Below are positions 48,670 through 56,630 of a stretch of DNA of 64,000 nt, one piece after another (within the stretch, counting starts at the first letter, position 1; each line of letters begins with the position of its first letter). The position numbers and the translations under genes were made by a program. This DNA is from Patescibacteria group bacterium. Lineage in GTDB: Bacteria > Patescibacteriota > Patescibacteriia > JBDRGY01. The stretch covers positions 1,046 through 65,045 of the forward strand of contig JBDRGY010000002.1 of assembly GCA_043817315.1 (NCBI GenBank), in the 5' to 3' direction. The notes beneath the pieces were generated by a model. That model ran no database searches. It was not told where the DNA came from and saw only the letters and a program-made list of their open reading frames with translations.

Positions 48670-49196
48670 AAATACCCTTTTTCGTCACCTTGGGTTTTCC
48701 TGGCTCTGGAAAATCCACTTTAACCAAGGCGTTTATTAAGAAGCATCCTCAGTTTCAACCAATTTTTGTTTCCGATTTTTTCTTTAAAACTAATCTGATT
48801 AACAAAAAAGGGGTGGCTCAAGATAAAGATTATGTCAAAAAGGGCCACCGTTTTCTTTATCAGAGTATCCAGAAAATCACCCAACCAACTATTTTGGAAC
48901 TGGGAACCTCTTTGCCCTCATTTAACACCCAACAAATAAAGAAACTTAAAGATAAGCACCCCATAAAATTGAAAGTGCTTTTTTGTGTCTGCGATCCGGA
49001 AATTGCCCTCAAGCGACACCTTAAAAGACATCGCCCGGTCCCCTATAAACTAAAATATCTGAGAATTCGTTACCAGCGAGACTATCCTGGCGAATATCTG
49101 CGATATTGCAAGAAGCATAAACTTCCTTATCACATGATCGATACCACCAAGCCGGTGGCTGCTAACGTCAAAATCTGGGAAAGCTTGTTAAAATAA
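48666..49196 (+). CDS. P-loop NTPase/kinase (AAA_33-like)
   Basis: Walker A GFPGSGKSTL at the N-terminus; size and layout resemble small polynucleotide/nucleoside kinase-like ATPases; translationally coupled to nfo. Confidence 0.5.
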   Translation: MKIPFFVTLGFPGSGKSTLTKAFIKKHPQFQPIFVSDFFFKTNLINKKGVAQDKDYVKKGHRFLYQSIQKITQPTILELGTSLPSFNTQQIKKLKDKHPIKLKVLFCVCDPEIALKRHLKRHRPVPYKLKYLRIRYQRDYPGEYLRYCKKHKLPYHMIDTTKPVAANVKIWESLLK

Positions 49197-49867
49197 TGTC
49201 CAATCAAATCCTCTTCATCATAATGTCCTTAATATCCCTGGGCTTTGTCCTTTTGGCTTTTCGTTTGGGCAAGGTCTATCTGATTGGCATGATTGTGGCT
49301 TGTGCTGTTTTAATGAACATTTTCGTGACCAAGGGAATGTATCTGTTCGGCTTGGCTGCTACCGGTGGCAATGTGTTATACGCTTCTATTTTTTTGGGCA
49401 CAGACTTGCTTTCAGAGCACTACGGCAAAAGAGCCGCTTACCAGGCAGTACTAACCGGCTTTTTAGCCTCGCTTTTCTTTTTAGTGACTTCGCAACTGAT
49501 TCTTAAATTCTCTCCGGCTGATTTCGACATAGCCCATAGCGCCTTAAAAACCATATTTACCTTAACTCCCCGGATCGTGACCGGTTCTATGGCGGCTTAT
49601 TTAATCTCCCAGAATCTTGATGTCTGGTTATTCCTAAAAATCAAGAAGAAAACCGGAGACAGGCATCTTTGGCTGCGCAATAACGGGTCCACTTTCGGCT
49701 CTCAGCTGATTGATTCCATTATTTTTACAGTAATCGCTTTCGCCGGAGTCTATCCCGACCTCTTACAACTAATCCTATTTACCTATATAATAAAGGTGGC
49801 GGTGGCTGTTTTGGACACGCCGTTTATTTATCTTTCTAAAAAGCTAAAACCAAAAGAGTTAAGATGA
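49196..49867 (+). CDS. YhhQ-family (DUF165) queuosine-precursor transporter-like membrane protein
   Basis: FLGTDLLSEHYG, ISQNLDVWLFLKIKK and NGSTFGSQLIDSIIFTVIAF align with E. coli YhhQ segments FLATDL, LGQILDVHVFNRLRQ and TASTLFGNVSDTLAFFFIAF. Confidence 0.65.
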   Translation: MSNQILFIIMSLISLGFVLLAFRLGKVYLIGMIVACAVLMNIFVTKGMYLFGLAATGGNVLYASIFLGTDLLSEHYGKRAAYQAVLTGFLASLFFLVTSQLILKFSPADFDIAHSALKTIFTLTPRIVTGSMAAYLISQNLDVWLFLKIKKKTGDRHLWLRNNGSTFGSQLIDSIIFTVIAFAGVYPDLLQLILFTYIIKVAVAVLDTPFIYLSKKLKPKELR

Positions 49868-50337
49868 AACCAACCAGATCTCCCTACGCCGTGGCTAGGA
49901 AATCTAAAGTCCACGGCAAGGGCCTTTTTGCCAAAAAAGACATTTGGCCAGGTACCAAGATAATCGAATATGTCGGTAATAAAAATAAAAGCAGTCGCTG
50001 GGAAGATGATGACCATAGTGAAACTATTTATGTTTTCCAATTGAACCGGAAATACGATATCGACGGTGATGTCAACTGGAACACCGCCAAGTATATTAAC
50101 CATTCCTGTGATCCTAATAGTGAGGTCGATATAATAGATGATAGAATCTGGATTATTGCCATTAAAAAGATAAAAAAAGGCCAGGAAATTACCTACAACT
50201 ACGGATTTGACCTCAAAGACTGGCAGGAACATCCTTGTAGGTGTGGGGCTAAAAACTGCGTCGGTTACATCATCGATGATTACTACTGGCCCAAATTGCA
50301 CCGAAAAATTAAAAGGCATAATAAGAAGAAAAAATGA
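49864..50337 (+). CDS. SET-domain protein (putative lysine methyltransferase)
   Basis: GKGLFAKKDIWPGTKIIEYVG, NHSCDPNSEV, GQEITYNYGF and post-SET CRCGAKNC. Confidence 0.85.
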   Translation: MKPTRSPYAVARKSKVHGKGLFAKKDIWPGTKIIEYVGNKNKSSRWEDDDHSETIYVFQLNRKYDIDGDVNWNTAKYINHSCDPNSEVDIIDDRIWIIAIKKIKKGQEITYNYGFDLKDWQEHPCRCGAKNCVGYIIDDYYWPKLHRKIKRHNKKKK

Positions 50338-51104
50338 AGTTAACTATTTTAGGCACTGGTACCTCTACCCCAACTAAAAAACGCAATTCCTCCGGATATT
50401 TCCTAAAGATTAAAAAGAAGAGTGTTTTGCTTGATTGTGGTAGTGGAATAACTAAACAAATGATGTTGGCCGGAAAAAAATACTGGGATATTGATTATAT
50501 CTTCATCACTCATTTACATGCTGACCATATTGCTGATTTGGGCTATCTGCTTCATGGTATTTACATCCGAAGTGACCACAGGGGCCATAAGCGGAATAAA
50601 AAACTAGAAATATATGGACCGCCTGGTTTTGCCAAATCGTATCAATACCAAAGAAAAGCTATTAGCTTCCCGGCGGGTAAAGAATCTTACGAAGTAAAGA
50701 TCTATGAAATCAAAAATAAGAAACTCAATTTTTCTAGTTTCTGCATCGAATCAAGGGAGGTTAAGCATGCACCGAATTTAACTTGTTTGGGCTATCGTTT
50801 TAAAGAAAGAGGTGGTAAAACTCTTGTTTATGGCGGTGATACTGGTTTTTGTAAGGGAATCGTTAAATTAGCAAAAAATGCAGACGCCCTTATTCTGCCT
50901 GTTTCTCTTCCTGAACACATTAAAACCTCCTACCACTTGATTCCCTCTGAAGTAGGGCAAGTTACCCAAGGAGCTAAAGCCAAAAAACTATATTTGACCC
51001 ACTTTTACCCTATTACTGAAAAATATGACGTAAAGAAAATTATCAAGAAATATTATAAAGGTCCAACTACAATAGCTAAAGATCTAATGGAGATTAGAAT
51101 CTAA
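50334..51104 (+). CDS. MBL-fold metallo-hydrolase, RNase Z-like
   Basis: MKLTILGTGTSTPTKKRNSSGYFL...LLDCGSG...ITHLHADHIADL resembles the RNase Z N-terminus and HxHxDH motif; shorter (256 aa) than canonical RNase Z. Confidence 0.55.
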   Translation: MKLTILGTGTSTPTKKRNSSGYFLKIKKKSVLLDCGSGITKQMMLAGKKYWDIDYIFITHLHADHIADLGYLLHGIYIRSDHRGHKRNKKLEIYGPPGFAKSYQYQRKAISFPAGKESYEVKIYEIKNKKLNFSSFCIESREVKHAPNLTCLGYRFKERGGKTLVYGGDTGFCKGIVKLAKNADALILPVSLPEHIKTSYHLIPSEVGQVTQGAKAKKLYLTHFYPITEKYDVKKIIKKYYKGPTTIAKDLMEIRI

Positions 51105-51872
51105 ATGCTCAACTTCACCAAAAATTTAGCCAAGGAGGCGGGCAAAATCCCCCGGAAGCACTGGGGCAAACTTAAATCCTATAAATACAAAAGGTCTAGA
51201 GATCTATTGACTATAGCTGACGTCGAGACCAATAAATTTATCGTCAATAAAGTACGCAAGCAGTATCCCGGTCATTCCATTATGGCTGAGGAGTCGGGTA
51301 AAATAATTAATCCGGGCGGTCAATATCTGTGGGTAATTGATCCCATTGACGGCACGGCCGCTTATTCCCGGGGCCTGCCTTATTTTGGCACCTCCATTGC
51401 CTTATTTAAAGACGGTCAGCCGTTTATCGGTGTTATTTATGACCCGCTGCTGGATGAACTTTTCTGGGCTCAGGACAAAAAGGGTGCGTATTTTAATGGT
51501 AAGAAAATCAAGCCGAGCAAAATAAGCATATTAAGCAGAGCAGTAATTGATACTGGTTTTCCTCACCAAAGAAAAAGTATACAGGGTCAGAAGCAACTGA
51601 AAAATACCGGTATTCTCTACAATAAAATTGAAAATTTTATCGTTAACACCTGTGCTGTTTCCGGATTATGTTATGTGGCTTGCGGCAGGTTGGAAGTATA
51701 CTACGAATACATTTTGAATCCTTGGGATTTCGCGGCCGGCGCTATCATCGTAGAACAAGCTGGTGGTAAAGTAACCACTCCAGAGGGTCGACCTTGGACT
51801 TTAAAAGACAAAAGAATCGTAGCCAGTAACGGTTTGATTCATAATAAATTTTTAAAACAATTAACCAAATAA
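51105..51872 (+). CDS. Inositol monophosphatase family protein
   Basis: WVIDPIDGT metal-binding motif and IMPase/FIG-family layout. Confidence 0.85.
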   Translation: MLNFTKNLAKEAGKIPRKHWGKLKSYKYKRSRDLLTIADVETNKFIVNKVRKQYPGHSIMAEESGKIINPGGQYLWVIDPIDGTAAYSRGLPYFGTSIALFKDGQPFIGVIYDPLLDELFWAQDKKGAYFNGKKIKPSKISILSRAVIDTGFPHQRKSIQGQKQLKNTGILYNKIENFIVNTCAVSGLCYVACGRLEVYYEYILNPWDFAAGAIIVEQAGGKVTTPEGRPWTLKDKRIVASNGLIHNKFLKQLTK

Positions 51873-51873
51873 T

Positions 51874-52368
51874 ATGCAAGTAGCCATTTTATCCGATCTG
51901 CATGACAATTACACCGCCTGGCAGATTATCCTCAAACAAATACAACAACAAAAAATAGAAACTATACTTTATTGCGGCGATTTGGCCGCTCCCTCCATGC
52001 TTAAAAAAATGATTGAGGAATATGAGGGGCAAGTTCATCTGGTTTTTGGCAACGTGGCCGATCGGGAGACAGAAACTAAGATAGCCGGAACCTCGGATAA
52101 AGTCACTCATTACGGTGACCAAGCAGAGTTAGAAATCGATGGCAAAAAGATTGCTCTCAATCATTTTCCAGATAAAGGTAAAGAGTTGGCGGAGTCTGGT
52201 CAATATGATTATGTTTTTCACGGCCACAATCATCAACAGGCCCAAGCCGAGATTGGGAATACAACCCTTATTAATCCAGGAACTGCTGGCGGAATGTTTC
52301 AGTATCCCAGCTATGCTGTAGTTGATTTTTCTAACGATACGGTTGAGTTTAAGAATATTACTTTATAA
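51874..52368 (+). CDS. Metallophosphoesterase (YfcE/MJ0936-like)
   Basis: Motifs ILSDLHDN, GDL, GNVAD and GHNHQ. Confidence 0.8.
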   Translation: MQVAILSDLHDNYTAWQIILKQIQQQKIETILYCGDLAAPSMLKKMIEEYEGQVHLVFGNVADRETETKIAGTSDKVTHYGDQAELEIDGKKIALNHFPDKGKELAESGQYDYVFHGHNHQQAQAEIGNTTLINPGTAGGMFQYPSYAVVDFSNDTVEFKNITL

Positions 52369-52380
52369 ACCTTGCGTGAG

Positions 52381-53148
52381 ATGAAAAAAACAGCGATCCA
52401 GGCAGCCAAACTAGCCGGAGACTATCTGGCCCAGAACTTCGCTAAAATCAGGCGATCACAGATTTCTGTTAAATCAGCCAGTCAAGTGGTTAGTCGGGCC
52501 GACACCGATGCAGAAAAGATAATTCTTAAGACAATCAGACGGAAGTTTCCCGATCATTCAATATATTCTGAAGAAATCGGCCATATTAAGAAAAAATCGG
52601 ATTATCAGTGGGTTATCGATCCCCTAGACGGTTCCACCAACTTCCTGATGCAAAATCCTTTTTTTGCCACCTCTATCGCCCTGCTTCACAAAGGAAGGGT
52701 TATTTTGGGCGTTGCCAATGCTCCTCTAATGAATCATTTTTATCTGGCGGAAAAAAACAAAGGTGCGTACCGCAACGGAAAAAAGATTAGAGTCTCCAAC
52801 AAGAAAAAGTTGTCGGAATCATTTTTAACCTTCTGTCACGGTAACTCGGTTAAAGACATTAAGCGCTCCATAAAAGTCTACCAAACTTTTAAACTGCTTT
52901 GTGCTGATATGCGGCAACTGGGTTCTGGTATTCTGGAATGTGGCATGGTCGCTTTCGGCTCAACCGAAGATATAATGACTCCTGGCGCTAATTTATACGA
53001 CGTGGCTGCTGGTGCTTTGATGGTAGAAGAGGCTGGAGGCCGGGTTACCGACTTTCAGGGTGATAAATGGAGCGTCAAATCAAAAGACATAGTCTGTTCC
53101 AATAGCCATATTCACAACCAACTGATAAAACACCTGAAGAAAATATGA
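52381..53148 (+). CDS. Inositol monophosphatase family protein (second paralog)
   Basis: WVIDPLDGSTNF motif; the ATG at 52381 is used (the ORF track starts at an upstream TTG, 52372). Confidence 0.8.
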   Translation: MKKTAIQAAKLAGDYLAQNFAKIRRSQISVKSASQVVSRADTDAEKIILKTIRRKFPDHSIYSEEIGHIKKKSDYQWVIDPLDGSTNFLMQNPFFATSIALLHKGRVILGVANAPLMNHFYLAEKNKGAYRNGKKIRVSNKKKLSESFLTFCHGNSVKDIKRSIKVYQTFKLLCADMRQLGSGILECGMVAFGSTEDIMTPGANLYDVAAGALMVEEAGGRVTDFQGDKWSVKSKDIVCSNSHIHNQLIKHLKKI

Positions 53149-53507
53149 TAATCTCCGGCAAGGTAGTTAAAGGATCCGGTCTTTCTACAAAAAAAGGTTT
53201 TCCTACGGCCAATATAAATATTCGTAGAAAATTTCCTAAATGGGTTTCTGTGGCCCAGGCTAAAGTTGGCGAAAAGACTTATCCAGGAATATTAATTGTG
53301 GGAGCCCCGACCCGACATATCAGAAAATTTCCCAAAATCGAATTTTTCTGCTTTTCCCAGAAATGCAAATTTTATGGCCAGTCAATTGAAATTAAAATAT
53401 TAAAGAAAATAAGGGGTACTAAGAAATTCGGTACTCCCAAGGAACTTCTTAAACAAATCAACCAAGACATTCATTTAGCTAAGAAGTATTTCAAAACCCA
53501 TGGATAA
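53145..53507 (+). CDS. Riboflavin kinase (flavokinase domain, stand-alone)
   Basis: GKVVKGSGLSTKKGFPTANI matches the RibF C-terminal kinase domain motif G.V..G...G...GFPTAN. Confidence 0.6.
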   Translation: MIISGKVVKGSGLSTKKGFPTANINIRRKFPKWVSVAQAKVGEKTYPGILIVGAPTRHIRKFPKIEFFCFSQKCKFYGQSIEIKILKKIRGTKKFGTPKELLKQINQDIHLAKKYFKTHG

Positions 53508-54051
53508 TCTGACTAAAATCGCTGAAGAAGTAAATAAATGTCAAAAGTGTCCTCTGGCTAAAGACCGGACTAGGGCAGTGCCTGGTGACGGGTCTAAGAA
53601 ATCCGGCTTGATGTTTATTGGTGAGGGTCCAGGTCGCGAAGAGGACAAGCAGGGATTGCCTTTTGTGGGTACAGCTGGCAAATTTTTGGATGAGCTGCTT
53701 TCTGTGATAAAATTAGAAAGGAAAGAAGTTTTTATTGGTAATGTGGTAAAATGCCGTCCTCCGGGGAATAGAGACCCTTTGCCGGAAGAAATTGCCACCT
53801 GTTTACCTTATCTAGAAAGACAAGTTGAGGCCTTAAAGCCAAAATTGATCGTCCTGCTGGGTCGACATGCTATGTATCGTTTTTTGCCTGAGCAGCTAAA
53901 AATTTCTAAAGTTCACGGTAAGCCCTTCCGTCGCCACAATCAAGTCTATCTTCCCCTTTATCATCCTGCCGCCGCCTTGTATCACGGAAGTCTACGGGAA
54001 ACTATAATTAAAGATTTTAAAAAAATTCCTTTACTATTAAAAAAGATATAA
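53500..54051 (+). CDS. Uracil-DNA glycosylase, family 4
   Basis: CQKCPLAKDRTRAVPGDG...MFIGEGPGREED...GLPFVGTAGKFL; the family-4 UDG Fe-S Cys pattern and GEGPG motif. Confidence 0.85.
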   Translation: MDNLTKIAEEVNKCQKCPLAKDRTRAVPGDGSKKSGLMFIGEGPGREEDKQGLPFVGTAGKFLDELLSVIKLERKEVFIGNVVKCRPPGNRDPLPEEIATCLPYLERQVEALKPKLIVLLGRHAMYRFLPEQLKISKVHGKPFRRHNQVYLPLYHPAAALYHGSLRETIIKDFKKIPLLLKKI

Positions 54052-54052
54052 A

Positions 54053-54310
54053 ATGCCGCACAAAGCTCCGCCACCACATAAGCTGCCGGGCGAACCGCCC
54101 AAATTGCCTCATGAGCATCCCAAATTGCCTCCGCCTCATCACAAAAAAGGTAAGATTTTCTGGGCCTTTCTGACCGGTACCATTGCCACGGTCTTTGTAG
54201 GTTTTCTGCTCAGTCTGTTTGATATTTCTATAAATGTTATCCTGCCGGTCTTGGCTCCCATTTGGGTCGGTAGTATTACTCTGATATATACTATCACCAA
54301 AGAACACTAG
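54053..54310 (+). CDS. Small membrane protein with Pro/His-rich N-terminus (85 aa)
   Basis: ORF track; MPHKAPPPHKLPGEPPKLPHEHPKLPPPHHKKG followed by two TM helices. Confidence 0.4.
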   Translation: MPHKAPPPHKLPGEPPKLPHEHPKLPPPHHKKGKIFWAFLTGTIATVFVGFLLSLFDISINVILPVLAPIWVGSITLIYTITKEH

Positions 54311-54351
54311 GGCTTGATTTTTAAAAAATTTCTGCTAGAATAGCCTATACT

Positions 54352-54426
54352 GGCCACGTAGCCAAGTGGTAAGGCGGAGGTTTGCAAAACCTTTATTCGG
54401 CGGTTCGATCCCGCCCGTGGCCTCCA
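54352..54426 (+). tRNA. tRNA-Cys (anticodon GCA), CCA encoded
   Basis: Acceptor GGCCACG/CGTGGCC, anticodon stem GAGGT/ACCTT with loop TTGCAAA, T-arm GGCGG-TTCGATC-CCGCC, then T and CCA. Confidence 0.9.
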
Positions 54427-54486
54427 TCCTTCGACAAGCTCAGGATGAGCATTGGAGAAGGATGCCCTGAATTTATTGAAGGGCAA

Positions 54487-54744
54487 ATGAAATATTACGT
54501 CTATATTTTAAAATGTGACGAGGAAAATTTATATACGGGATCGACTTGTGATTTGAAAAATCGGATTGAAAAGCATAAAAAAGGAGAAGGTGCTATATTT
54601 ACCAGAAACAGAAAATCGATTAAACTTGTATATAAAGAACTTTATAAAATAAGGGAGTTGGCTGAAAAAAGAGAAAAGCAGATAAAAGGGTGGTGCAGAA
54701 AAAAGAAGATAAATTTAATCAAATTTGGCCATCCTCTAGGGTAA
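54487..54744 (+). CDS. Small GIY-YIG nuclease-domain protein (85 aa)
   Basis: MKYYVYILKCDEENLYTGSTCDLKNRIEKHKKGEG; GIY-YIG core (YVYIL...LYTGST...R...H). The upstream part of the ORF-track ORF overlaps tRNA-Cys and is excluded. Confidence 0.75.
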   Translation: MKYYVYILKCDEENLYTGSTCDLKNRIEKHKKGEGAIFTRNRKSIKLVYKELYKIRELAEKREKQIKGWCRKKKINLIKFGHPLG

Positions 54745-54753
54745 ATAGAATCT

Positions 54754-54828
54754 GCGGATGTCGTATAATGGTTATTATTCATCCTTGCCAAGGATGAGAT
54801 GGCGGTTCGATTCCGCTCATCCGCTCCA
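54754..54828 (+). tRNA. tRNA-Gly (anticodon GCC), CCA encoded
   Basis: Acceptor GCGGATG/CATCCGC, anticodon stem CATCC/GGATG with loop TTGCCAA, T-arm GGCGG-TTCGATT-CCGCT, then T and CCA. AT-rich D-stem with one mismatch. Confidence 0.8.
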
Positions 54829-54854
54829 TTTTTTAAAAGCCACTTAAGATAAAT

Positions 54855-54941
54855 GCCGCGGTGGCGGAATCGGTATACGCGCTGGACTTAAAATCCAGTG
54901 GTGGCAACACCTTGAGAGTTCGAGTCTCTCCCGCGGCACCA
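54855..54941 (+). tRNA. tRNA-Leu (anticodon TAA), long variable arm, CCA encoded
   Basis: Acceptor GCCGCGG/CCGCGGC, anticodon stem CTGGA/TCCAG with loop CTTAAAA, long variable arm TGGTGGCAACACCTTGAGAG, T-arm TTCGAGT. Confidence 0.9.
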
Positions 54942-54988
54942 AAATTAAAAACAACCCTGAAATTAGCGGGCTGTTTTTTTATCTATTG

Positions 54989-55516
54989 TTATTTTAGTAT
55001 TTCTACCTTTAAAATCTTAGCACCCCAGGCCTTGGCTTCGGCCTTGCTATGAACCCACATATCAAATAGATACTGGGAGGTATGTCTTTCATGCAATCTA
55101 TCTTGAATCACAAATATCTTATCGCCGAATTGGTCCGGGAATCGGACCTTAGTGCCAAATGGCAAATACTGATGCGCCATTATCCCGTTGGCCGTTCGTT
55201 CGCCAGAGGCAGTGACAAAGGGATCGCCTGAAGTTTCGTCCGGGGAAGATGAATAGGCAGTTACTGTGGTCCAAAAGGTTTTCTTGACCTCATATTCTTT
55301 GGCGGGGATGTCGGGCAAGGCTTCAATTGGAGACATGTTGATTTCTCTGCAGATCAGCTGGGCGTCGTCATAAACCAGGCTCAATTCGGGCTGAGTAGCA
55401 ATAGAATATTGGGGCAGCCAAACAGAAACAAAAGAAACCAACGAAATAATAACAACATAGGTTGCTAATCCGTTGGTTTTGCTTCCCCCTTGAGAAATAT
55501 GCCTCTGAAATCTCAT
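54989..55516 (-). CDS. 3D-domain protein (MltA/YuiC-like, probable cell-wall lytic transglycosylase-related), membrane anchored
   Basis: N-terminal TM helix. C-terminal TVTAYSSSPDETSGDPFVTASGERTANGIMAHQYLPFGTKVRFPDQFGDKIFVIQDR...DMWV matches the 3D (three-Asp) domain. Confidence 0.6.
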   Translation of the reverse strand: MRFQRHISQGGSKTNGLATYVVIISLVSFVSVWLPQYSIATQPELSLVYDDAQLICREINMSPIEALPDIPAKEYEVKKTFWTTVTAYSSSPDETSGDPFVTASGERTANGIMAHQYLPFGTKVRFPDQFGDKIFVIQDRLHERHTSQYLFDMWVHSKAEAKAWGAKILKVEILK

Positions 55517-55829
55517 AGGTTAACCAATTTAAAATCCCCTTTATTTTGGGGAGTAATTTACATAATAACACGGCTATTTTGCCCTGTCAAGGGATAAAAA
55601 AGGCCTGGAAATCCGCTTCTTCTTTGGTCGTTTTTAAGACTTGTTCTTGATTCCTTTTCCCACCAACCAGATAACTACTATTAAGACAATTGCTGCTGTT
55701 ACCCAAGCCCACCAGTAGTCGATAATTATTTCTTCCATCTTTTTTTGTCGATTACTTTTTTATTTATTAGAGCGAGTGACCCCGCTGTTGGCGGGGCGTC
55801 TTCGGCTCGCTTGTATAACCTGTTCAGTA

Positions 55830-55901
55830 AGCGGGTGAGCGGAATCGAACCGCCGTCTTCAGGTTGGAAACCTGACATAATAGCCACTATACTACACCCG
55901 C
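55830..55901 (-). tRNA. tRNA-Gly (anticodon TCC), no encoded CCA
   Basis: Minus-strand sequence GCGGGTG TA GTAT-AGTGGCTA-TTAT G TCAGG TTTCCAA CCTGA AGAC GGCGG-TTCGATT-CCGCT CACCCGC T. Confidence 0.85.
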
Positions 55902-55958
55902 CCGCCCAATTCCTGGAACCTACATCTTTCTAGATAAGTTACAAGAATTGGGCGGGCG
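55899..55958. repeat. Perfect 14-bp inverted repeat CGCCCGCCCAATTC ... GAATTGGGCGGGCG with 32-nt loop, overlapping the 5' end of tRNA-Gly(TCC)
   Basis: Arms at 55899-55912 and 55945-55958 are exact reverse complements. Lies immediately downstream of the minus-strand GIY-YIG gene stop (55963). Confidence 0.5.
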
Positions 55959-55962
55959 CGCC

Positions 55963-56220
55963 TTAACGAGACGCTAGATAATTTTTTAAGTTTTTCTTAA
56001 TAAATCTTCTCCCCCAGCCACTTTTATAGTATCTTTCTCTCTGGAGGGCATCTTGCTTGCTCAGGAAAGCTTCGCAATAAATTAACTTCAGTGGTAAGTG
56101 GGGCTGGGTTGAATAAGTTGACCCTTTATTGTGTTCTTTGACTCTCTTCTTTAGATTCTTGGTGAATCCTATATATAACCTGCCATTTTTCTCACTTTGT
56201 AGAATGTACACGTAATACAT
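55963..56220 (-). CDS. Small GIY-YIG nuclease-domain protein (85 aa), second copy
   Basis: MYYVYILQSEKNGRLYIGFTKNLKKRVKEHNKG; GIY-YIG motif. Confidence 0.75.
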   Translation of the reverse strand: MYYVYILQSEKNGRLYIGFTKNLKKRVKEHNKGSTYSTQPHLPLKLIYCEAFLSKQDALQRERYYKSGWGRRFIKKNLKNYLASR

Positions 56221-56247
56221 CTGGGTTTAACGAATAATTAAACCCCG

Positions 56248-56586
56248 TCATTTCTTCTTTTTAGGTTGCCAAAGATACTTATCTAAATCTACATAATAGT
56301 TACCTTCTTTTTCTTTTACCTTCACCCCTTCCTTGATTAGAAGATAGGCCTGTTCCTGGGCCGGGTGAGCTAAATTGACAATACTGATTCGACCCTCCCG
56401 ATTAATCACTCTTTGCCAAGGAACAACCTTGGACTTGGCACCCACCACTTCGTGTAAAGCCCAGCCCACCATCCGGGCGGATCGTGGTGAACCGATAAGG
56501 GCGGCAATTTGTCCGTAGGTGGCTACTTTGCCCTTGGGTACTTTTTTGACCATCTGATAAACATGTTGGTAGAAATTCTGGGCCAT
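56248..56586 (-). CDS. Alkyltransferase-like (ATL) protein: MGMT/Ogt DNA-binding domain with active-site Cys replaced by Trp
   Basis: VATYGQIAALIGSPRSARMVGWAL...VPWQRVIN; the canonical PCHRV is PWQRV here, as in ATL proteins (PWHRV). Confidence 0.7.
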   Translation of the reverse strand: MAQNFYQHVYQMVKKVPKGKVATYGQIAALIGSPRSARMVGWALHEVVGAKSKVVPWQRVINREGRISIVNLAHPAQEQAYLLIKEGVKVKEKEGNYYVDLDKYLWQPKKKK

Positions 56587-56630
56587 CTTTGTTTAATAAT
56601 ACTACCCGAAAAAAATATATTTTTCAACCC

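Noticed and set aside
54382-54486. N-terminal extension of the GIY-YIG ORF (ORF-track start 54382)
   Set aside because: It overlaps tRNA-Cys (54352..54426); the ATG at 54487 gives the conserved GIY-YIG N-terminus MKYYVYIL.
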